DNA of 64,000 nucleotides from an archaeon (GTDB lineage Archaea; Nanobdellota; Nanobdellia; Pacearchaeales; GW2011-AR1): NCBI GenBank assembly GCA_018697295.1, contig JABHTJ010000002.1, positions 162,955 to 226,954 of the forward strand, read 5' to 3'. Shown piece by piece: positions 57,452 to 64,000 of this stretch (position 1 is its first letter; each line of letters starts with the position of its first letter). The notes under the pieces were generated by a model. It saw only the letters and a program-made list of their open reading frames with translations, ran no database searches and was not told where the DNA came from. The position numbers and the translations under genes were made by a program.

Positions 57452-58183
57452 ATGGGAATTAAGAGTTTGATATTTGGAAATAAAGAGAAAGTATTGTATT
57501 TTTCTGGATGTGAAGATGGGGATGAAAAAGTTGATGAAAATTACAAAGAGATTATGGCTCGACTTGGAATAAAATATGAATTTATTGAAGAACTTCCTTC
57601 TTGTGGATTCTTGGATTATGAGCTTGGAGACAGGAAACGTGCGAAGGAATTGGCGGAGGGGATGAATAATTTGTTTTTAGAAAATTCAATTACAAAAATA
57701 ATTACCTCCTCGGCACTTTGTTATCATATGTTTAGAAATATTTATCCAAAACTTTTGCGTGAATGGAATATTCTAGTTGAACATATTAGTGTTAGTATTC
57801 TTGCAGGTCTTAGGAGAAAGAGGATATTTTATTCTTCTACAGATTCTTTTGTGAGTGTTGTGTATCATGATTCTTGTTATTTGAGTCGACATTGTGGAAT
57901 TTATAATGAACCTCGAGAAGTGATTAAATTTCTTGGAGGGAATATTTTTGAATTTAGGAAGAACAAGGAAAATTCTGTTAGTTGTGGTGTTGGAGGCGGT
58001 CTTTTAGAGAATTTTCCTGAAACTGCAAATAAACTTGCCCGAAACTTAATTTCTTCTTCTCCTGAAAAAGACTTGCAGATTATTTCTGCATGCAGTAGTT
58101 GTTCATCTCATCTGAAATCATCGAGCGAGAATTCTCTTGACTTTTCTTCGTTTGTACTTGGGAGGCTTCGGGGATTACAATGA
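57452..58183 (+). CDS. CCG-domain Fe-S protein (GlcF/HdrB/LutA-like)
   Basis: YFSGC, SCG, YHDSCYLSR, SCGVGGG, ACSSC. Confidence 0.82.
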   Translation: MGIKSLIFGNKEKVLYFSGCEDGDEKVDENYKEIMARLGIKYEFIEELPSCGFLDYELGDRKRAKELAEGMNNLFLENSITKIITSSALCYHMFRNIYPKLLREWNILVEHISVSILAGLRRKRIFYSSTDSFVSVVYHDSCYLSRHCGIYNEPREVIKFLGGNIFEFRKNKENSVSCGVGGGLLENFPETANKLARNLISSSPEKDLQIISACSSCSSHLKSSSENSLDFSSFVLGRLRGLQ

Positions 58184-59316
58184 TGAAATTGCAAAAAAAT
58201 TTCAATGGCGCTAATAAACATTATAGTCGCGATGCTTCTCATTACAAGGGGAATGCTCTAGATGTCGTTCATCCAAAATCTATTGAAGAGCTTCGAAAGA
58301 TCGTTAAGACTACTAATTATTTGGTTGGTCGTGGCGGGGGTTCTGGTTTGAGCGGAGGTGCTGTTCCTCTCGCTGGAAGAGATACAGTGATTAACTTATT
58401 GCAATTTAATAAAATTAATAATTTTGATAAGGAGAGAAAAACTGTCGAGGTTGGATGTGGGGTTATCTTGGAGGGTTTGCAAGATTATTTGAATTTTCGT
58501 GGATTTGAATTTCCCGTTAATCCTTTTAGCCGCAAGATTGCGACTATTGGGGGTATGATTGCGACGAATGCTGTTTCTTCACGAGTTGGAAAATATGGAC
58601 GAATGGCTCAATGGATTAAATGGATTGACGTTATGGATTGCCAGGGGGCCATTTCTCGAAAAGGAGTCACTGAAATTTCTGATTATTCGGGGATGGAGGG
58701 AACTACTGGAATTATTGTTCGTGCGTGTTTGAAAGTTGTTTCAAAGATAAAGCGGAGTGCGACGATTGTTCCGATTACAAATTTGATTGAAATGATTGAA
58801 ATTGTAGAAAATTTAAAACGAGATAAAACTGTTTCTATGATTGATTTTTGTGACGAGATTATTAGCGAAGGTATTGGGCTCGAGAAAAAATATCATTTGT
58901 TTATTGAATATGAAAATGACTTGGGCTTATTGAAAGGTCCTGAATATGGTGAATTTTTGAAAACTTTAGATACGATATATTCCTTTGTTTTGGGAAATGG
59001 TTGTATTGCGATTGAAGATCCAAAAATTATGTTAAGTAAACTTGTTCATGTTACCAAATGGTTTCGCGAAAAAAATGTTTTGGTTTTTGGACATTTGAGT
59101 GCAGGAGTTTTATATGTTTGTTTTAAAGAAGAACAGTTTAGTGAAATTCCTGTTTTAAGAAAACTGATTAAACGGCTTGGTGGCATGATTACATTTAGTC
59201 ATGGCATTGGTGTTTTGAAAAGAGATTTTGTTGAATTTAATGATAAAAAGATTTTAGAAAATGTGAAGAAAAGAACTGACCCTTTGAATAAATTTAATGT
59301 GGGGAAAATGTTATGA
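58180..59316 (+). CDS. FAD-binding oxidoreductase (GlcD / D-lactate dehydrogenase-like)
   Basis: RGGGSGLSGGAVP, TIGGMIATNA, GMEGTTGII, HGIG, DP..KFNVGK. Confidence 0.88.
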   Translation: MMKLQKNFNGANKHYSRDASHYKGNALDVVHPKSIEELRKIVKTTNYLVGRGGGSGLSGGAVPLAGRDTVINLLQFNKINNFDKERKTVEVGCGVILEGLQDYLNFRGFEFPVNPFSRKIATIGGMIATNAVSSRVGKYGRMAQWIKWIDVMDCQGAISRKGVTEISDYSGMEGTTGIIVRACLKVVSKIKRSATIVPITNLIEMIEIVENLKRDKTVSMIDFCDEIISEGIGLEKKYHLFIEYENDLGLLKGPEYGEFLKTLDTIYSFVLGNGCIAIEDPKIMLSKLVHVTKWFREKNVLVFGHLSAGVLYVCFKEEQFSEIPVLRKLIKRLGGMITFSHGIGVLKRDFVEFNDKKILENVKKRTDPLNKFNVGKML

Positions 59317-59696
59317 GTGATGAAAATGAAAATGTTGTAAAAGTTGAAAATAAAACTAGTTCCAAAAAATCAAAAAGAAAAGTGACGAAGCAAGATATTC
59401 TTGAAGCTAATAATCTTTTAGAAGAAGTTGCAGAGATATTTGAGCCATGTATTTCGTGCGGACTTTGTAACGGGGTTTGTCCGACGTTTAAGGTTTTACT
59501 TGATGAGCGGGTTAGTCCTCGAGGGTATGCGTTGAAGTTGCGTGAGAAAATAATTGATGAATCTGTTTACGAATATATTCCCTGCAAGGCTTGTGATAAT
59601 GTTTGTCCTATGAAAATTCCAATTAGCGAGGGAATATTGAAGGCTCGCGAAGTTTTGTTTTTGCGTGGAAAAGGTTTGGCGAAGAAAGAAGATTAA
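59313..59696 (+). CDS. 4Fe-4S dicluster protein
   Basis: CISCGLCNGVCP, SPRG, CKACDNVCP. Confidence 0.85.
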   Translation: MSDENENVVKVENKTSSKKSKRKVTKQDILEANNLLEEVAEIFEPCISCGLCNGVCPTFKVLLDERVSPRGYALKLREKIIDESVYEYIPCKACDNVCPMKIPISEGILKAREVLFLRGKGLAKKED

Positions 59697-60150
59697 GAGA
59701 AATTTTATTGGTCGTTCATTTTATTCTTTTGACTGGGACGTTTCTGGAACTGCCGTTGTTGAATCAGTGACGCTATCAATAAACTCTGAAAGTATTAATG
59801 ATAATGGTGCACAAACTAGTTCATTAATTATTTTCAAGGCAGATACAACTTTGCCAATAAATAATGGTGATTATTCGAAATGCGATAATACTGTTGGCGC
59901 TGCTAACTTGAATAATGTTTTGGGAGAAGTTAGTTTTTCTTCTCTTACAGTAGATAGTTCTGAAGATATTTCCTTAGATGCCTTGCAAATTGGAAATTCT
60001 GTTCAAGGAAATAGGGTCGGCTTCTGCGGACGTGGAGGAGGAGATGTTAGATATGATCCAAGTTTTATTCTTGAACAAGGTCCGAGGCTCAGAGTTCATT
60101 CAAAAGTTAGTGGAATGGGGCCAAAATTGATAGTGAGATATAGGCCTTAG
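59697..60150 (+). pseudogene. Probable 5'-truncated fragment of an exported DNRLRE-like beta-sandwich domain
   Basis: RSFYSFD...VESVTLSI...GPKLIVRY pattern; no ATG, signal peptide or promoter of its own. Confidence 0.45.
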
Positions 60151-60204
60151 ATGCCTTAATTGCTTTTGCTAAAATTTTATAAATAACTCTTTATTCTAAA
60201 TATT

Positions 60205-61020
60205 ATGAAAACTATAGAAAAGATTGTTGCTATTTTTTCTTTTTTTCTTGGAATATCAATTCTCTTTTTTGGAGCATATCTTGCTTACGAATCTATTAAC
60301 TACAGTTTTGATTCCCTGTTGGCAGGAGTAATTAGTTTAAGTTTATTTTTGCCTATAACTTTAATCGCAATTTTGATTGGTACTTCCTTAGCGATACTAA
60401 GTGTTTTATCTTTTAGAAGTCATGCATGGGCATATAAAGTTAATTTAGGTTTAGTTACGGTAAGTATTGCTTCTATGTTCTTTCTCTTTTATTTGTTTAA
60501 TAGTTTGGATCAAGAGGCTCAGCAACAATACGAAGAAACTCAAGAGTTATTAGTGAATTCTGAAAAAATCTATTCTATCAATGAAATTAGCATCGCAGAA
60601 CTTAATGAGACAGGGTTTAAGATATATCTTGATTTTGAGGGCGAGGGTTCTGGAACCTATAATCTGAATTTGTTTGTGGAGGAGAGTAGTGAAAGAATTA
60701 TTTTTAGTAATTTTTCTGAAGAAATTTTTATTGATTCAGCAAATCAAAGATTTGAACTAGATTATAATTATGACGGCCTATTTGAAAAATGTTTTACTGA
60801 ACCTTTTGGATCAAAATATTGGATATGTTCTCCTGAGGCTGGAGGTTACGGGTTTGTCTTTACCATTACTACAACGCTTGATTTTATAGAAAATTCCGAG
60901 TTTAAATATAGTGATCTAGAATATAATTTTGATTTTCAAAGCACCAATGAAAAGAGTTTTTCTCTAGATTTAACTAATGATGGCAATCAAATGATTGCCG
61001 AAAATTTTCAGCTATTATAA
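60205..61020 (+). CDS. Membrane protein with three TM helices and an acidic C-terminal domain
   Basis: Hydrophobic N-terminal third; TATA box about 22 nt upstream. Confidence 0.75.
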   Translation: MKTIEKIVAIFSFFLGISILFFGAYLAYESINYSFDSLLAGVISLSLFLPITLIAILIGTSLAILSVLSFRSHAWAYKVNLGLVTVSIASMFFLFYLFNSLDQEAQQQYEETQELLVNSEKIYSINEISIAELNETGFKIYLDFEGEGSGTYNLNLFVEESSERIIFSNFSEEIFIDSANQRFELDYNYDGLFEKCFTEPFGSKYWICSPEAGGYGFVFTITTTLDFIENSEFKYSDLEYNFDFQSTNEKSFSLDLTNDGNQMIAENFQLL

Positions 61021-61071
61021 TTTATTTTTACTAATCAAAATCTTCTTAAACCTTCTCTCAAAGTATATCTT

Positions 61072-62364
61072 ATGGAAACTTTAATACAACAGCCAGAAAT
61101 TATGGCTCCTGTTGGTTCATACGAATCTTTGCATGCTGCGATTAATGCCGGTGCCGACTCGGTATACTTTGGAATTGAACAGTTGAATATGCGAGCTCGT
61201 GCGGCGAACAATTTTACTACTGAGGACTTAAAAAAAATTGTGGCTATTTGCCAAGAGAATAGTGTTCGAACGTATTTGACACTGAATACCATTTTATATG
61301 ATCACGATATGAATCTTATGAAAAAGATTTGCGATGTCGCCAAGTCAAGTGGGCTCACGGCAATTATTTGTAGTGATATTTCTGCAATACAATATGCAAA
61401 TTCAATTGACTTGGAAGTTCATTTATCGACGCAGATGAATATTACAAATGTTGGTGAGGTGAAGTTTTATTCTGCTTTTGCCGACGTGATGGTGATGGCT
61501 CGTGAACTAACGTTACAACAAATTGCACATATTGTAGCTGAAGTTAAAAAACAAGATATTCGTGGGCCAAAAGGTGAGCTTGTCGAAATTGAAATTTTTA
61601 TTCATGGCGCGTTATGTGTTGCTGTTTCTGGGAAATGTTATATGAGTATTGCAACTGAGAATTCTTCTGCGAATCGTGGGGCGTGTTTGCAAAATTGTCG
61701 TAAGTCGTATAAGGTGACTGATAATGAAACTGGTGAATCACTTGTTTTAGAAAATGAATATATTATGTCTCCTTCAGATCTTTGTACTATTTCGTTTATC
61801 GATAAAATTTTGGACGCAGGTGTTCGTGTTCTTAAGATTGAGGGTCGTGGTCGTGCTCCAGAATATGTTGATACAGTTGTTCGCTCGTATAAAGAAATGA
61901 TTACTGATTGGCAAAAAGGAGAATTTACTACCGAAAAAGGAATGGCGAAAATGAAAGAACTTGAAAAAGTGTTTAATCGAGGATTTTGGCAAGGCGGATA
62001 TTATCTTGGGAAAAAACTTGGTGAGTGGAGCGGAGTTTATGGTTCGAAAGCAACTGAAGAAAAAGTGTTTTTGGGAAATGTTGAACATTATTATAATAAT
62101 CCGATGGTTGCTCAAATAAAATTGGCAACTAATGAAGTTTGTGTTGGAGATGAAGTTTCTTTTAATGGAAAAACTACTGGAGTTGTTCGACAAAAAATTG
62201 GTGAATTGTTTGTTCACGTCGATGATGTTGCTACAAAAGTTGATTTTGCAAAGAAAGGCGATTTGATTACGATAAAAGTTGGGAAACGAGTTCACGAAAA
62301 AGATTTGCTATATAAAATTGTTCCCTCAAAAACTAAACAAGTTTCTTTAGCTGAGAAGAATTGA
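61072..62364 (+). CDS. Peptidase U32 family protein (TrhP-like RNA hydroxylation factor)
   Basis: MAPVG, GADSVYFG, HLSTQ, HGALCVAVSGKC, ANRGACLQNCR, KIEGR. Confidence 0.92.
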   Translation: METLIQQPEIMAPVGSYESLHAAINAGADSVYFGIEQLNMRARAANNFTTEDLKKIVAICQENSVRTYLTLNTILYDHDMNLMKKICDVAKSSGLTAIICSDISAIQYANSIDLEVHLSTQMNITNVGEVKFYSAFADVMVMARELTLQQIAHIVAEVKKQDIRGPKGELVEIEIFIHGALCVAVSGKCYMSIATENSSANRGACLQNCRKSYKVTDNETGESLVLENEYIMSPSDLCTISFIDKILDAGVRVLKIEGRGRAPEYVDTVVRSYKEMITDWQKGEFTTEKGMAKMKELEKVFNRGFWQGGYYLGKKLGEWSGVYGSKATEEKVFLGNVEHYYNNPMVAQIKLATNEVCVGDEVSFNGKTTGVVRQKIGELFVHVDDVATKVDFAKKGDLITIKVGKRVHEKDLLYKIVPSKTKQVSLAEKN

Positions 62365-62585
62365 TGAAAATAATTCATTACCGAGATAAATGTATCGGGT
62401 GCAATAGTTGTGTTGAGCATAGTTCTAAAGATTGGAAATTGAATCCTATTGATGGGAAAGTTGATTTAATTGATGGAAAGAAAACTCGTGAAGGAATTTT
62501 TGCTAAAGAAATTAGGGATGATGAGGTTGGGGGCAATAAACAAGTAGCTAAGGATTGTCCCGTTAATATCATCAAAGTTGTTTGA
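62361..62585 (+). CDS. Ferredoxin
   Basis: CIGCNSC...CPVNII; overlaps the U32 stop. Confidence 0.9.
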   Translation: MMKIIHYRDKCIGCNSCVEHSSKDWKLNPIDGKVDLIDGKKTREGIFAKEIRDDEVGGNKQVAKDCPVNIIKVV

Positions 62586-62648
62586 TTTTTCTTTTTGAAA
62601 TAAATTATTTTGAAAAAGTTTTATAAAGTATGTTTTGTTATTGTTTTT

Positions 62649-63992
62649 ATGAAAAAGAAGAGTCGGAAAAAAGCTGGAGTTAAAAGAAAAGCGATAAATA
62701 AAAAAGAATTTGTTTATGTTGTTTTGCTTGTTTCATTTATTTCACTTATTTCTTTAGTAATTTTAGATAAAGTTTATGATCATTATGATATTGATTATGC
62801 TCCAACTTTTAGTTCTGCGACGAGGGTTGCTCCTGGAACGCCCATAACGCCTACAGAAATCCTTAGGCCAATTATTGGTTTTTCTCTTGATGGTGCTGCG
62901 GTTGTTGGCCCTCCAAATATTTGGATGTGCGACAATTTTTTATGTAATTCTCCATTTATTATTTCATTAGATAATGGTCAAAGGCATGTTGGAGACCATC
63001 CCCGAAGCATTTCTGTTGAAAGGGACGGAAATAAAAATCCGATTTTAGCTTATACTTCCAAATATACTCTTTCTCAACCAATTAATTTAGAGGTTGTTTA
63101 TTGTAATGATCCTGCATGCACTACTTTTATTAATACTACTGTCGCATATGGGCCTCCAAATAATAATCATTACGGGGCATATCCTGAGATAAATTTTCTG
63201 AATGGTCTTCCAATAATCGCTTATTCAGCATTTAACCAAGCAAAACTTGTCATGTGTTCTGCTCCTGACTGTAGTTCTTCAACTATTAAGATACTCTCTC
63301 CTGTAGGGACCTGGGGAAGATTTATGTCAAGTGATGTTTATCAAGGAAAATCTTATTTTTCATTTGTTAATGGAAGAGAAACCCATATTGCTCTCTGTAC
63401 TGATCCGACATGTAACACTATTCAACATAGCATGGTCTATAACGTTTCAGATAATCAACATGCACAATCCTATACTTCTATAGAAATTGATCCTAATGGA
63501 AATCCTTATGTCGCATTTATTCAATCTAACGCTACCGGAACTCCTTCAGGTTATGTTAACCTTTTACATTGCAGTAATTCTAATTGCGATATCTCCTCTG
63601 GAGGTACGATTACTCGAATAGTCCTTGATGAACAGTTTGGTTCAGAACCATTCAAAAATCTGGACATGGAACTTGCAGGAACAGGATTTCCGATTATTGG
63701 ATATTATAACACTGTCAATTTTCAATATAACGTTATCCAATGTAATGATGCGACGTGCGACGTAAATCTCTTGACTAAAACTTCTCTCTCGCTTTCCTCG
63801 GCAGTGCATGCCCAAAGCCCTGCCATGGCTCTTGGAGTGAGGGGAATGCCTGCAATAACCTATTCTATGCTTGGATCTTTGAATGAAGAATTACACCTCA
63901 TTCAATGTAAAGATACTTCTTGTTCTCAAAGAGAGCCAGAGATCGTAACTCCTACTCTGAATGGAGAACCTGCAAATTTGGACTTGGGATAA
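62649..63992 (+). CDS. Exported repeat (beta-propeller-like) protein with CxxxxC loops
   Basis: Basic N-terminus plus TM; about 7 repeats of P.I.Y...L..C.D..C; ATG at 62649 fits TATA spacing. Confidence 0.8.
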   Translation: MKKKSRKKAGVKRKAINKKEFVYVVLLVSFISLISLVILDKVYDHYDIDYAPTFSSATRVAPGTPITPTEILRPIIGFSLDGAAVVGPPNIWMCDNFLCNSPFIISLDNGQRHVGDHPRSISVERDGNKNPILAYTSKYTLSQPINLEVVYCNDPACTTFINTTVAYGPPNNNHYGAYPEINFLNGLPIIAYSAFNQAKLVMCSAPDCSSSTIKILSPVGTWGRFMSSDVYQGKSYFSFVNGRETHIALCTDPTCNTIQHSMVYNVSDNQHAQSYTSIEIDPNGNPYVAFIQSNATGTPSGYVNLLHCSNSNCDISSGGTITRIVLDEQFGSEPFKNLDMELAGTGFPIIGYYNTVNFQYNVIQCNDATCDVNLLTKTSLSLSSAVHAQSPAMALGVRGMPAITYSMLGSLNEELHLIQCKDTSCSQREPEIVTPTLNGEPANLDLG

Positions 63993-64000
63993 TTTGTTAA

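Noticed and set aside
3824-62575. Many short antisense or nested ORFs in the track (e.g. 9444..10100, 12369..12848, 26937..27425, 42542..43069, 61774..62295)
   Set aside because: They overlap confidently identified genes and have no motifs; shadow ORFs
1-64000. CRISPR array or cas genes
   Set aside because: No regularly spaced 25-40 bp repeats or Cas motifs seen; the 77-nt element has only two copies, 27 kb apart

Overview
AT-rich archaeal chromosome segment, most likely from a DPANN archaeon (Pacearchaeota/Woesearchaeota-like). This is inferred from GatD/GatE, eS6, aIF5B, archaeal AspRS/ProRS/TPI and TATA boxes about 22-25 nt before leaderless ATGs. It holds housekeeping genes (ftsZ, aspS, gatDE, proS, rps6e, aIF5B, tRNA-Arg(UCG)) and a ~19.4 kb sugar/redox island (13.0-32.4 kb). 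The island has a bacterial-type oxidative and non-oxidative pentose phosphate pathway, a GT4/GH130 pair and a TrxR/Grx/CcdA/TlpA relay. Also present are a SNF2 helicase with a YqhG-like Zn-finger partner, a split FAD/Fe-S dehydrogenase, U32 plus ferredoxin, and many exported proteins (two metzincins, four beta-propellers, a 1525-aa Cys-rich giant). The most striking unannotated signals are: (1) a dispersed 77-nt element in two copies (11234, 38836) with compensatory base changes and a minus-strand three-way-junction fold; (2) a 706-bp transposase-less mini-element with terminal inverted repeats and a 9-bp target duplication, carrying a HEPN RNase gene; (3) a shared N-terminal leader (basic region, often an E, TM helix, then [S/A]P) on otherwise divergent exported proteins. 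No CRISPR array, integrase or rRNA was seen. All protein calls come from motif recognition only; no searches were run.
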